From assembly GCF_006345805.1 (NCBI RefSeq), contig NW_021835971.1, positions 1-64,000 of the forward strand: a stretch of 64,000 bases of DNA, given 5' to 3'. Below are positions 1 through 14,129 of this stretch, in pieces (position 1 is the stretch's first letter; the number at the start of each line of letters is the position of its first letter). Source of the stretch: Octopus sinensis. Lineage: Eukaryota. Under the pieces are notes generated by a model, which made no database searches, was not told where the DNA came from, and saw only the letters and a program-made list of their open reading frames with translations. A program made the translations under genes and the position numbers.

Positions 1-24
1 GATCAGATTATTGATTATCTAGTC

Positions 25-1029
25 CAGGCATTCTCAACCTTTTTTGTTCATCGCCCCCTTAGATATTTTGTCGCCCCCCTTTGAAATTTTATCGCCCCCT
101 TGTCCACCTACAATTTAAAAATTTTTTGGCATTGTCCCTTAATTGGTTGTTTTTTGTACATAACTCAAAAATCAAAATATAAAATTATAAATCAAATGTA
201 AAAAATTGAATTTTTATTAAAAATTATTAGTGAGACCCTTGATATTGATGTTTACTCGCTAAATATTCTATGTCGGGTTTAATTCTGCTCAACTTTAGGC
301 GTATATCGCCTCTATAACACACTTCCAGTCTATTTTTTCACATTGTGTATTATGATTGACAAAACTAAATCCACTTTCAACCAAATAAGTGGTAGGGAAT
401 GTCAATAGTACATTACTCATTTCCTTCCATAAATTTGGAAATTTCATTTGTAGATCTTTTGATTGCCAAAATTTAGAGATACCATCCTGTTGAAATCTGT
501 GAATATATTCTTCATTATATTTAAATTCAATTATCTCTTCTTGGATTGTTTCGTTCATATCTTCTGGCACACATGAAAACGGATCAATCATCCATGCTTC
601 AAATTCCAAATCAAACAAATCTTTGAATCTAAGAGATATATCCGCTTCTAGTTCCGTCAAATGTTGACAATATGTCAAAATATTGTTTTGACTAAAATAT
701 TTACTTATCTCAGATAGTTGTGAAATGTTTCCAAACTGATTTTAGAAAAATTATGTCGATAAAGCAATAATTTTTTTCAAATGTTTTCATTATTCTTTTG
801 CAATCAATCATGTTGACAAAATTTCCTTGAAGAAGAATAGTAATTTCATTAAATTTTGAGTCTAAATTATTAGGCTTGCCATTAAAAATATTCTAATTAA
901 ACAATTTTTAATAAATATAAATTTTATTTTTTATTAAATATATTATCGCCCCCCTGTACAAAATTATCGCCCCCTTGTACAAAATTTTCGCCCCTAGGGG
1001 GGCGATTCGCCCCCGGTTGAGAACACCTG
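25..1029 (-). mobile_element. Non-autonomous hAT (Buster/Charlie-type) element retaining the transposase C-terminal dimerisation-domain remnant (ORF 295-678)
   Basis: TIRs CAGGCATTCTCAACC (25-39) and GGTTGAGAACACCTG (1015-1029). Exact 8-bp TSD ATCTAGTC at 17-24 and 1030-1037. Subterminal CGCCCCC repeats. ORF has the hAT motif FPTTYLVESGFS. Confidence 0.93.
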
Positions 1030-1135
1030 ATCTAGTCAATGCGAATTTACCGTCAAGTACCTCACCAGTACCGCCAATGAAATTCGTTCCTTCAGGCTCC
1101 GGGCGAGTAAGTTTATTCACTTTCCGCCGAATCTT

Positions 1136-2335
1136 ATGTTTAAACGTGGAGTTGATCATTTTGTCCGATTTTTTACTGTTGAAGAACAAGAACAACTTTA
1201 TGATTATGTCCGGTTGTGTCACCTGGATACGGGGCATCCAGGTCGAGATAAATTATTCAATCATATGAAGAACTTGGCATATGGAATTAGCATAGAACAT
1301 GTGAATCATGTTCTAAGTGCATGTACAACTTGCATAGCTCGTCGTACGCTCGCAACCAGGAGACAAATTACTCCAATAATTGCCAAGTTTTCACGAGAAA
1401 GGCTGATTATCGATCTTGTGGACCTAAGATATTACAGCGATCAAAATAGTGGCGAAAAATGGTTGCTGGTGATAATGGACTCGTTTACGAAATACTGTTG
1501 GACTTCAGCACTGAAATCAAAGAACTCGGCTGATGTGATACCGAGGATACGAAGTGTTGTTCTTTCTTTGGGGGAAGTATTCATAATACATACCGACAAT
1601 GGACTTGAATTCTGCAACTCGCGGATGACGCAGTTGTGCGAAGAATTTGGAATTCGCCATGTCAGGGGGAGGGCCCGATGTCCCTGGATACAGGGTCAAG
1701 TGGAACGACTTAATCAGACACTCAAATGGATGCTCAGTTCGACGTTATTAACCAACGGGAATGGATTTCGTTGGATTGATATCCTCGAAAATATAACATA
1801 CGCATATAATACAAGGATACACTCTACAACGCGCTTTTCTCCTGTTCATTTGATGTATGGCCCACGGATTAGAGAACAAATGGCTCGAGGTCATACTCAG
1901 GCACTCATTGAATATATTGATTCCATCAATCAACTTGACTACAATGAAGAGCCAAGAACCGAGCAAATTCAACAAGAACTACATGGACTTGATGTGGAAA
2001 CAAACGACAACGAGATGGATCGACTTGTAGTAGCTTCTGCAGCAGCCGAAGATTTACGAGATATTGCGAGGAGGAATACTAATAGTGCTGCTGAATCCAT
2101 GAGGAGACGATCTAATTGGAGGAATGATATCCTTGACTTTCCTCTGGGGACGAAAGTGGTCATCCACACCGACACAGATACGAATACAACAACACGCCGT
2201 CGACCATTCCACGAACATTTGGATTGTACTGAATATACTGTCGTTGGGATTTTACAGCACGACAGGGTCCAAATTAGTTCGACGAATATGTTGATCAATC
2301 ATGAGGCCCCTACGAGATCGATATTAATAGACTAG
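1136..2335 (+). CDS. DDE integrase of a Ginger2/TDD-like DNA transposon (intronless; 5' part disrupted)
   Basis: HHCC-like region (GHPGRD...CTTC), then RERLIIDLVD, HTDNGLEF and QGQVERLNQTLK. The frame stays open upstream to about 1037 (NEIRSFRLRASKF). Element ends not identified. Confidence 0.85.
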   Translation: MFKRGVDHFVRFFTVEEQEQLYDYVRLCHLDTGHPGRDKLFNHMKNLAYGISIEHVNHVLSACTTCIARRTLATRRQITPIIAKFSRERLIIDLVDLRYYSDQNSGEKWLLVIMDSFTKYCWTSALKSKNSADVIPRIRSVVLSLGEVFIIHTDNGLEFCNSRMTQLCEEFGIRHVRGRARCPWIQGQVERLNQTLKWMLSSTLLTNGNGFRWIDILENITYAYNTRIHSTTRFSPVHLMYGPRIREQMARGHTQALIEYIDSINQLDYNEEPRTEQIQQELHGLDVETNDNEMDRLVVASAAAEDLRDIARRNTNSAAESMRRRSNWRNDILDFPLGTKVVIHTDTDTNTTTRRRPFHEHLDCTEYTVVGILQHDRVQISSTNMLINHEAPTRSILID

Positions 2336-2829
2336 CTATCGTTGGAAAACTATAAAAATTTTGTTTCGGAATAAACTTCTTTATATCTTAAATTTTTGTT
2401 CTTTTATGATTGCAATCGAAAATAGACAACTATTTGCTATTTCAAAAAAAAAAGAATTTGAATTACTTTTCCATATTTTCATTTTTGTTTAAATAAAATG
2501 AAATCGAAACTAAAATACACTCCATAAAGATTTAAACGCGAAATTGACTAAATTGTTAACAAAAAGCGTCATTTAAACATTTAAAAAAATTAACAATTCA
2601 AACAATAAACGAATCTATTCTTAAGCAAATATTTTCATTATTCCTGTACGATTTTAAAGCAGATTTTGTAGTAAGCTATTTATTAATTTATAAAATTATC
2701 AAATTAACGAAAAAATCGTCCTGCACAGTATTTGTCTTTATAGATTTCTCTATTTGGACAATATAAAATTTTATAATTATTTTACTTCGGATCGCTATTC
2801 CTGGTATCTCTATTTACTGTAACTTAATT

Positions 2830-5800
2830 TTATTAATTAATAAACCAAAAACAAAAATTAAACAAAAATTAATTGATATTCTCTCTTCTCTTAGGGGAAC
2901 TACTCCGTTGACCGGTCATGTCTTGACACCTCTCCTCTTCGTATTGCAGTAAGAAAGCAGACTCCTCTGGCAAGTCAACTGACACTCCCAGTTCTTCTCC
3001 TCTAGCGATAAGACTATCCGTTTCCTTCTCAATTTGGTAGTTGTCGACCTTCATGCCATGTTTGTATTCAACGACCATGCTCTCCAGGGTTTTCTTGATT
3101 GTCACTGATTGAATGTACGCCTTAGTCGGGACCTCTATATTCAACTTTTTCATGTAGGACTTATAGAACTTGGTCACTACCCCATCCCATGTCAATACGA
3201 CAGGGACTATCGTGACTTTTGCCTTGTGAATCTGTGCCAATTCTCCAGCAAGTAGATCATACTTGTGGAGTTTCTCTACTTCGACTTGCTTTAACCTGTC
3301 CTGGGATGTGACCCCAACTTCGATTATCGTTATCTCATTTTTCATTTTATCAAGCACGAAAATGTCTGGCTTGTTGTTTTTAACTTCAATGTCGGTCTGC
3401 AACGTCATGTCTACTCGTATTTCAACACGACTATTTTCCACGACCGACTGGACTGAGTGTGCTTTCAATTTCTTGCATTTCTTTATTCCGTACTGACGAC
3501 AGACGTGTAGATGTATGCATCTGACAATTTCATTGTGTCTTCGCATGTATGACCCGTGAAGCATTCTGCTACATCGAGTAGCTAGGTGATCCACGGTTTT
3601 TCTTGCCGAGCCGCAATGGTTACAATTAGGCTTTGCCTCTCCGAAAAACAAATTGCGATCCTGGGCCAAGCAATATAGTGCCTCGGCCTTTGGGCCATTG
3701 TTCCCATTGGCTAGCCATACATTGGACTCCACGATATCAGCACTCGGTTCCTGAATGCATTTAAACAGCGTTGAATGTATCATCTTAGATTTAATGGTGT
3801 CCATTAGTCTTTTCTTCTGGCACTCCTTAATAAGGTTTACATCCAATTTTGATTGGTCTTCCAGATTGTACTTGAGAGCGAGAAATCTTGCAATCGTGGT
3901 CATATGTGTTTTCTTTTCTCTCAAGACCCGCAAGATTCCTGCTCTTCTGAGGCACAACGAGGCTTTTCTTTCAAGGTCGGAGAGAAATTGGAGCAGGATG
4001 CATTCGCTCTTATTGGAAATTGAGATTAAGCCTCTTCCAAAACCATTTCTGCCGAGATATAATCTTTCTTTATTAGCGGGCTTCAGATGGATTCGTAAAG
4101 TAGTTAGAATGCGACGAATTACCAGATCAATGGCATCAAACTCACTCGGTTCAATGTCGATCAATCCGATATAGTAGTTGTAGAGAGAGAGTGCATATTC
4201 GTTTATCGCTTTAAAGAGGTTTACTGCACTTAACTTTTTTTTTGCAAGACTCTCGATTCTCTCTTTCACGTTTCGAGCAATTGTTTTCATTACCTCGATT
4301 TTCTTGACATCACTTCCTCTATCCTCCAAGACTCCCAGGTATCGATACCCAGCACACCCATCCAGACATTTTGTATCTTTCACATAGTCCAGGTTAGTCG
4401 CAGACTTTTCCGAGTTCCTCTTGAGGCCAACGGCATCAAAATATTCATCGACATCTTCCATCATTTTTAGAACGGTGTCTTCTTTCTCAGCAATTATTTT
4501 CAGGTCGTCAATAAACAACAAATGGTTTGTTGAATATGAAACCGTGAACGGGTCATTTTGACCTATACGCACCTTCGGGAACTTCATATTCAAGCTCCTA
4601 CTTAACGGATCCATTACCAGAGTGAAGAGTTGTGGAGAGAGTGAGTCTCCTTGTAAGATTCCTCTTTCCAATTTTACAGTTCCAATTCTCTTATTGTTAA
4701 GTGTCAAAATGACATTCCAATTTTTGATTAAAGTTTTCACAAAATTTGTGATCCAATTCGGAATTCCAGACTGATCAAGCACTTGACATAAGAATTCATG
4801 ATTGACAGAATCAAATGCCTTTCTGACATCGATCCACGTTGCAAATAAGTTATTTCCATACTCACTATTGACACACTGGTTTATTAGTGCTTGTTCCTTT
4901 GCGCCTTGGCATTGCCTTCTAGCTCCCAGCTGATTATCCGAGATAAGGTTAAACGCTTCGATATAGTCTGTAAGCTTTGTATTCACACATTTAGTGACAA
5001 GTTTGTACAATATAGGCATGCAGGTAATCGGCCTTAAGTCATTTGGGGAATGGCATTTTTCATTTTTTGGAATGAGGTATGTTAATCCTGTGTAAAACCA
5101 CTCAGCAGGGGAATAGCCTCGGTTCACAATTTTAAGGATCTCATCGCACAAATGGCCATGAAGAGCTTCGAACTTTTTGATAAAGAATCCATAAACTCCG
5201 TCACAACCCGCGGCTTTCCAATTGGGTACACACTGGATAACATTCTTGATAAAATCAGTTTTCACGTCACTTGGAAGCTGTTCAGCTCCAGTAATATGCT
5301 TACCAACAATAGCTTTAGGAGCACGGTTCTCCTCTTTCTTCCATACGCCCTTCCAGAAAGATAGACACTTATCTTCTGGGACTTGACAATCAGAATCTTT
5401 GTTTTCACAGTTCAGTCTTCGATAGAATCTTCTCCTGTTTAGTTCAAAACAGAAATTATCTTGTCTAAACGACTTTCTGGAGCGATAGGTTGAGATTTTT
5501 TTCTCCATAATTTTGACTCTATCTTCAATAAGACTAGATACGCGTGCCAGCTCTCCCTTTCTGGATTTTTTGTATCCAAACGAGCATAAAATGTTCAGTG
5601 TCTTCTCTTTTTCGTCTTTAGATTGCTGGCCATTAAACTTATTAACGAAAGTTAGATTTTCTCTAAGTTTGGAAATCTTTCTTTCCGTATCCTCAAGCCA
5701 TGTGCTTTTTGTTAGGGATTGCCTCGTAATGTTTTCATATGAGCATTGCCCGGCATAAATTATATCCGTGATTTCATTTATGCTTGCAGGCGGAGAAGAT

Positions 5801-6480
5801 AATATATAGTTCGAAATCACTGCATTAATTGCGACAAGAACATCAGTCTTTAGCAATTTATACGGAATCTTCTTTGTGGGCATTCTCGCATTTCGTGGGA
5901 TTGACTTAAGTTCCTGAATTTGGAGATTAAACTCTTCCTTGCATTTACCATAAATGGAGATTTCTGTCTTTGGCAATAAGTAATCTGAGGTATCCACATT
6001 ATTTCGACTGCCACAGCCATTAGAGCAGGGCTTTACATTCAGTAAGTTTTTCACATCAGAGACACTCTTTGAGTGAGAAAGCGGACGTTGAAACATTCGG
6101 CAATAAGTCTCCATCCTCCACGAGGAATTCTGCCAAATCGTCTCTTCGCCGACTCCACAACACCAGAAATCCATTTGACTTTGTCGTTAGAGTGTTCCTC
6201 ACCGATCACCGATTTAAGAGGGATTAGATGGGGTGAGACATGTTCGGTAGGAGAGTTTCCACAAATTTCATGGGGATCATGTAGCCCCGAAGACTTGCTT
6301 CTTACCAATAGTTGTTGGTTATCTCTAATATCTTTTGTAAGAGAGCCCTCAGGATTTGCTTGCAGACTGGTGAAAACAGACATACACGACACCACAAGAA
6401 ATTCCGATTACTGTAACAATAAATAACATTTATTATCCTCAATCTGTTCGAACTCATCTAGGCTAGATCTTTATCCGTCT
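2830..6480 (-). mobile_element. Near full-length REL-type non-LTR retrotransposon (R4/Dong-like)
   Basis: Long RT-CCHC-REL ORF, AT-rich 3' tail near 2820-2868. Ends approximate; no TSD found. Confidence 0.85.
2869..6383 (-). CDS. Reverse transcriptase + CCHC finger + restriction-like endonuclease polyprotein (one frameshift near 6075)
   Basis: Motifs WIDVRKAFDSV, GILQGDSLSP, LFIDD, CNHC..H...C and KPDI..IIEVG..EKLHKY. The N-terminal ORF (first ATG 6383, ..WRLIAECFNVRF) joins the 1101-aa ORF if one T is added to CGC TTT CTC. Confidence 0.88.
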
Positions 6481-7169
6481 ATAATGCCTATTATGCATTT
6501 TTTCTACATTTCCAGCATAATAGATTTTTAGGCATTACAAAGTCCACATTTACCGGGTATAATATATTTTCATAGTACATTTACTAGACCGAAATGTGTG
6601 GAATCAAATTGAAGTTTCTTTTTGGAAGACTGTGGTCTGATGCTGTCATTTCATTAATAAAAGTAAAAGTGATATATCTCAAGAATGACATAGAATGTAA
6701 AGGTTTATCAACTTCTAACCTACCCCGATACTTTGCTGAAAAGTGGTGCTTTTAAGTAATTTATTTAATGTATCCTCTTATTAATTTTAATCCTCAATTC
6801 CTTAGGTATAAGTCTTTTATAAAAAAAACTAAACAAAAAATCAACTAAAAAGAGTCTTGTAGCGCTGATTCTCATTTTCTTTGGTTGTAATTTTGTTTGT
6901 ACATCCAAGTATATCTTTTTGTCAATGTTACATTATGGAAAATGACCATTCTACACCTTAGGATTTCTATAAAGGACATCAGGTGTAGGTAGACAGTCCA
7001 TTGTTGTTTTGATGAAAGTCAAGACTTTATAAATACCTTAAAAAACATGTTGTAGATATGTACCTGCATGAAAATCTGGTAGGAAAATCTCATACTTTAA
7101 CTTCACTTAATATAAAAATTCTCTTTTTGAGTACGTCCGCTTGTGGTCATAATGAGTTTGCTATGTCTC

Positions 7170-7700
7170 AGGGTAAGCTAAAAGTGATCATGATGTTAAT
7201 CAATAGAGGACAGAGGAAGTTGAAAATATAGAGCGGATCCCAAAGTCCAAACTGATAAAATTCATTCGTTATACCAATCCTACTTTGAAAACGCGGAAAC
7301 CTGAGGTCTACCCGCAAAAGAACGGAACAGGCCAACTCGTTCCACAGACAATCAAGACAGCTCCTAGGAGTCCGACGGCAGAAAAAGATGAGCAACGAAA
7401 ACTGTACGGGATTACTCATACATCCCAAATCGAATGGCCAAAAAATGGCAGTTCTTTGGACATATGTTAAAAACATCGCAAATGACTCCAGCTAATCAGG
7501 CCATGGAATAATACTTCTGCTTATCAAACAATACAACATATCGAGGCCGACAAAGAACAACAGAACCCACCAAGTGAAACCATGAACTCAAAACAATTTG
7601 AAGAAAACTGAAATCAAATATGAGCTGAACGACCTGAGAGATCTTGCATGAAACAGGGGAGAATGGAAACGACTAACAGAGCGTATCCTAAGTCGCATGG
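7170..7700 (+). mobile_element. Degraded RTE-like LINE 3' remnant
   Basis: Translated pieces WQFFGHML..TPANQAM, YRGRQRT and DLRDLA.NRGEWKRL match the remnants at 34150-34390 and 60780-61197. Confidence 0.6.
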
Positions 7701-7854
7701 GAAAATAAAATCTCCACTAACCTTATAATTTCGCGTGAATCGCATAATAATGTCATTATAATAAATTCTGAACAGCATTGTAAAACGCCTACTTGAGGCA
7801 ACCTGAGTTCCGTGCCACCTAAATAATTTAATTAATAATAAATATTAATTTTAT

Positions 7855-8240
7855 GAGGCTCGGGAAGATGGGAAGCTGCCAGACGGTGTTTCGCTCTTCC
7901 CGTACAAGTGCGGTAAAGCGATCGTTTGGGACGCGACATGCTCCGACACTTTTGCGTCATCATGTCTTCTTGATCCTCACTCAAAGCTGGAACAGGGTGA
8001 TAAAACCGCAGGCCCGAAAAACCAAAAAATACGGATCCCTCGCTGACAGATTCATTTTTGAACCAGTGTCAGTCGAAACGTCTGGTACTCTTTGACCATC
8101 AACTCTTAGTTTCCTCACCGAGAGAGGCCGCCACCTCGGAAGAATTAGAAACGACCTTGGCAAGCCACACCGAATCTTTGAGCGTATCTCAATAAGGAAC
8201 AATGTCTCAATTCTCTCTGCGGGTAGTCTCTAATCGCTTT
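7855..8240 (+). mobile_element. CRE-like non-LTR retrotransposon 3' (REL) remnant
   Basis: REDGKLPDGVSLFPYKCGKAIVWDATCSDTF and PVSVETSG motifs, homologous to the C-terminus of the 38970-40987 element. Confidence 0.75.
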
Positions 8241-8415
8241 ATATTTCGTTTATTTCAAATACTATTCTTGACTAAAATAATATCCATATTTCCATTAAAA
8301 AATAATTAAAGTTGTCAAATCAATTTAAACAAATACAAAGACATTAAAACCTATATAACCTTAACTAAGCAATCCGAATACAGACATAACAAGTAATAAA
8401 CAACTAAACCAAAAG

Positions 8416-9597
<1,182 letters not shown>

Positions 9598-9930
9598 TAT
9601 TGAAGTGGCCACAACAACTAATGATGATTAAAAAGGTTAATTAATAATTTAAATTTTATATTAAATAATTATTAAATTATTTATTTTTTAATAAAAAGAA
9701 TTGAGAAAATTTTTTATTAGGTAATTATTTATAGGCAAAGAAACTAAGACGAATTTTGGCTACAAAGTTTGTCATAAACATAAAGATTTCTACTTAGTTT
9801 ATTCGCTTATTCAAAAAATTAATTTATTAATTATTTTATATTTATAAAATATATTGATATATTTTTTTTACTTTTATAATTAAATTGTTATTTGAATTAT
9901 TTATCACGTTTATTTCTTGTGGGTTTAAAA
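9598..9930. promoter_or_regulatory. Probable bidirectional promoter between head-to-head PSMD14 and DDX55
   Basis: 333-bp very AT-rich spacer between the divergent ATGs at 9597 (-) and 9931 (+). No specific motif identified. Confidence 0.6.
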
Positions 9931-12078
9931 ATGATTGAAAATCAATTACAAAAATATAAAATTAATCTCAACGAAAAAATAAAAGAAGGAATAAAAGAAT
10001 TAAAATTCACTAAACTAACACCAATTCAAGTATATATTAACAATTATATAATTATAGTTAAAAACAATTCCAATATTTCTCCAAAATTACGACGTGGCTG
10101 TAGAAGCTATAACAGGCAGTGGGAAAACCTTGGCCTACATTATCCCCATAGTACAACGCCTATCAAAAATAACCCAAAATTTCAACAAATATGACGTAAC
10201 CCTCAAAAAACTAATTTAAAGATCATTGCCTTGATAATTGTGCCCACACGTGAGCTCTCAGTCCAAGTCTATGAGGTACTTCTTCACTTCCTTGCCTATT
10301 TCCCTCACTTATCACACTGTCAGCTTGTGGGAGGACAGTCAGTGGCAGACTCAGTCAAGAATTTTGTCTCAAATGGGTGTTTTATAGGGGTATATATTAG
10401 TGGGAATGTCACTGTGTGTACTCCTGGGAGAGCTGAGGCCTTTCTAAAGCAGAGACATGAGGGATTTGACTTGGCATCCTCCTTAGAACGGCTTGTATTG
10501 CTTATTGGTTACTCATTGTAGGAAGTTCTGGTGATAGACGAGGCTGATAGGCTGTTAGCTGATGGTTACCGTAGAAAGTAAGTTTGGTGATATATTTCTT
10601 AGTATTGAAACTATTCTGCGATATTTGCCTAAGCAGAGGAGGACTGGGATCTTTTCTGCAACTTTGAATGCAGAGATTACAAGTCTGATGCAGTTTGGGA
10701 TGAGAAATCCTCGGCTAATCTCGTTAAAGTCAGAAGAAGAAATATCTACACCACCAGAATTATTTAATTCTGTTAAAGTTTGCCTCCTTTTTTATTTTAT
10801 TAGTTTTTGTCACCCATTGAAAAAATTAATTTTATATTTAATTTTCTAATTAAATATAACGAAGAAAAAATTATTATTTTTTTCTGCACTTGTGCTTCCA
10901 CGTCTTATTATTATAGCGTAATTAAAAGGTATTTTATTTATAATAAACACAAAGAAAATTTCCAGAACTTTCTCTTTTCTGTCTTCACAGAAAACAAAAA
11001 GGCAAAAGAGATATTATTTATTCTAAATTTAGAGAATCAAAATGGTAATTAATTATTTTAAATAATAATAAATTTGGTGGGAATTAAATTATTTTAGTGG
11101 TGTCTTGTTGTGCACTGATATAGTATCACGTGGAATAGATGTGCCCCAAGTGGAGTGGGTAATTCAATTTGATCCCCCTAAAATGGCGAGGTTGTATATT
11201 TTAGCACATATTAGTTCATTTGTACATCGTTGTGGACGTACTGCTCGGATGGGACGTACAGGTAGAAGCCTACTACTGCTTAATCAACACGAGGATGTTT
11301 ATGTAGATTTTTTAAAGTTGAATCAAAAGGTTTAGTTTTATTATTAATTAAATATTAATAAATTAAAATACATTTTGGAGGTTTTTATAATTATTCTGGT
11401 GGTACATTTTATGTAGGTATTCTTGGAAGAGTTTTGTGAAGATTTTGACGACGTGTCTATATCCGCTATATTAAGAAGTTTATCTGAGACTGAAAGAGAA
11501 TTTATGGAATCAGGAGTGTTGGCATTTGTATCATATATCAAAGCCTACTTAAAACATCCCCTTAAAGTCATTTTCAACCTATCAAGTAAGTTGTGATATA
11601 TTTATTCAGAACTCCCCGTTTCCTCCTTAGCTGAGTCCTTTGGGCTGTTAAGAATTCCCAAAATGGTGGAAATCCGTAAAAATGACACAACCCTATTTGT
11701 TCCATCCTCTGTTGATGCAGATTCAGTGCCATATCGGTAATCTGGTAGTGTTGATTGTAGTGACTGTGTCCGAGAAGAGAGAAGGAAGAAGATGGCAGAG
11801 GACAATTTTGCCAAGAAGGAGTCGAAGAAAAGACTGAATGCCAAATATGCTAAGAAAGTTATATTTGAGGTTGAGTAGTGGTAGAGGGAGAAGATGAAGG
11901 CCAAGAAAAAGAGAGTTTGTAATGACTATAAACTTATGGAATTGAACCATGAGGATTTGGAGGAGATTGAGAGTGATGCACATCTTTTAAAAAAGTTTAA
12001 AAATGGGAAGGTTCTTTGTCTCCTTTATTGTCTTAGATTGGAAAAAACGCATTTGAGGCACGTTTTATTCAACAATGA
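9931..12078 (+). CDS. DDX55: DEAD-box RNA helicase DDX55/Spb4 (15 exons, 14 introns)
   Basis: Spliced motifs [38 protein letters not shown] and [10 protein letters not shown], plus the family C-terminal [11 protein letters not shown]. Twelve introns are 24-28 nt and two are longer and AT-rich. Stop TGA at 12076-12078. Confidence 0.92.
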
Positions 12079-13051
12079 TTTTTATATAAATTTTTTTATT
12101 TAAAAATTTTATTATTCAGAGGTATGTTGGGTAGTTTAGTTTGTGTAGACTTTTTTTAGTTTTTGTAGACTTTGTTGTCTGTGTAGGCTAGATTAAACTG
12201 CTTTCAGAGATAAGCAGCTTAAATTACTTTTTAAGGTGATAATTACTCTCATTTGAGACTAATTTCTAGATCATGACAAAGAAAGCATTTTGTTATAGTG
12301 TTTGTCTTGATTTTCCGATACGATGTGATTTAATTTACAGGCTTCCATTCCAGCTGGCTCTTATTGCTTTTTTTTATCCCTACAAAAAACCTTGAAGAAG
12401 TTCTCCTTCAAACTTATTTTGAAGACGATGGCAATATTTTGTTTGTTTGAACGCACTTGCACTGAAATAAACACGATTTTATACTCAGTTAGTCCCCGTC
12501 AGTCGAGTTCATGAAGATCAATAAGATTTGTATTTTATGGCGTTATTTCTTTGTGGGGACGGTCGATCAGACGCTATCCCATATAAAAAATCTCCTTGCT
12601 TAAACCGTTATCCGAGACTATCAAAAGAAAAAAAACAAGACTATTTGATTGTTGATGATTTCTTGTGTAATTTCTACATATAATTTGTTCTTTATCAAAA
12701 AATCGGTATCATTGTCACCTAGAAAAGTAAAATGAAAGTTAAGGTACGTTTTATTCAGCAATAATTTTGATATAATTTATTTATTATTTGTTTTTACAAA
12801 AGACATTACTGGCTATTTTGATTGAGAACGCTTCTTAGACCGTTTTATATTTATTATAGCCTTTTTTGTTATTTAAAAAATGAGAATGAACTTATTAAAA
12901 GCTACAAATATCATTAGTCTAAGATTTAAAAACAAATTGATATTATCAAATAAACTAAATTCAAAATTTTATCTAAAATACAATCATTTAAATCGAAACA
13001 CCAATTAAACAATTTTAACAATAAAAAAAGTAACTAATTACCGTTTTATTA

Positions 13052-14124
13052 TGTCGCGACCCACGCTGGCGACCATCAGTTTGACAGGTGATTAGTTTGA
13101 TATTTAATTTAAACCGGAAAAAATTCATTTTAAGAAATGGTTTAGCGTCATTTTAGAAAAAAAATTATGGTTTCTCTCAAAAGATGCTAGCATGAAAAAA
13201 GCGACTCAATTTATCATTATTAATGATCGGTATATTTGCAAAGTTTAATTGAAGAAGTGGTGAATAAATTCCAAAAATTGTTTTATCAAATTGGATATTG
13301 TCAAATTTTACAAACGGACAACGGATTGGAATTCAAAAATCAACTGATGGATCAACTATGCGGAGAAAATAAAATCAAACATATTTATGGAAGACCAAAT
13401 CATCCCCAGTCACAAGTTTATAAATTTGAAAAAAATAGGGTGTAATTGAGCGCTTTAACCAAACATTGAGACGGGTTATGACTAAACTGATGGATAAAAA
13501 AGGAACTAAAAATTGGAGGCAATTTTTAGACAAAGTAACTTTTTATTATAATACGACACACCACTCGGCGATCAATGAGACCCCTTTCAAAAAGTTTAGG
13601 GGTATTCCTGGAATTAACACTGTGATTCATGAAATATGCGCGGGAATTGCCAGTCGATCCGCTGCGCATTTTAACTCTTTTCTGTATTTCTAAAATAAAA
13701 TAAAAAAGAAAAAAAATACCAGGTTATAATCTTATTTATAATTTAGATGAAAATAACGAGTCATCGTTTGTCGAAGATGAACTTAATGGTAAATTTACAA
13801 TGTATTTATTTTTAGAAACGAATAATAAAAGATTGTGGGACGAATCCGTTATTGAAGCTATACAGATTTCAATCCCCATATGAAGAAAAGGGAAAAGTAA
13901 AAAATATAATGTCTAAATACAGATTAATAATTAGTTGTCTTTCCTAACAAACATTTAGTTCGAATTATGAATAGAGATAAAAAATGTTAAGTTTTTTGAT
14001 TTTTTAGCAATTATCTTTAGTCAGTAATTAGTGTCAAACTATGTAGGTCGCCCTGTCAATCTTGTCAACAATGAAGGTCGCTCTGGTCGCCAGCGTGGGA
14101 TGGTCGCCAGCGTGGGTCGCGACA
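13052..14124 (+). mobile_element. Ginger2/TDD-like element A (deleted derivative with an intron-containing integrase remnant)
   Basis: TIR TGTCGCGACCCACGCTGGCGACCAT at both ends. TSD TATTA at 13047-51 and 14125-29. Integrase LQTDNGLEF..HPQSQ|GVIERFNQ is split by a 23-nt GT-AG intron (13416-13438). Confidence 0.9.
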
Positions 14125-14129
14125 TATTA

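Noticed and set aside
3263-5758. Plus-strand ORFs inside the R4-like element, and similar shadow ORFs over other genes and TEs
   Set aside because: They are antisense or alternate frames of well-supported coding sequence with no independent motifs.
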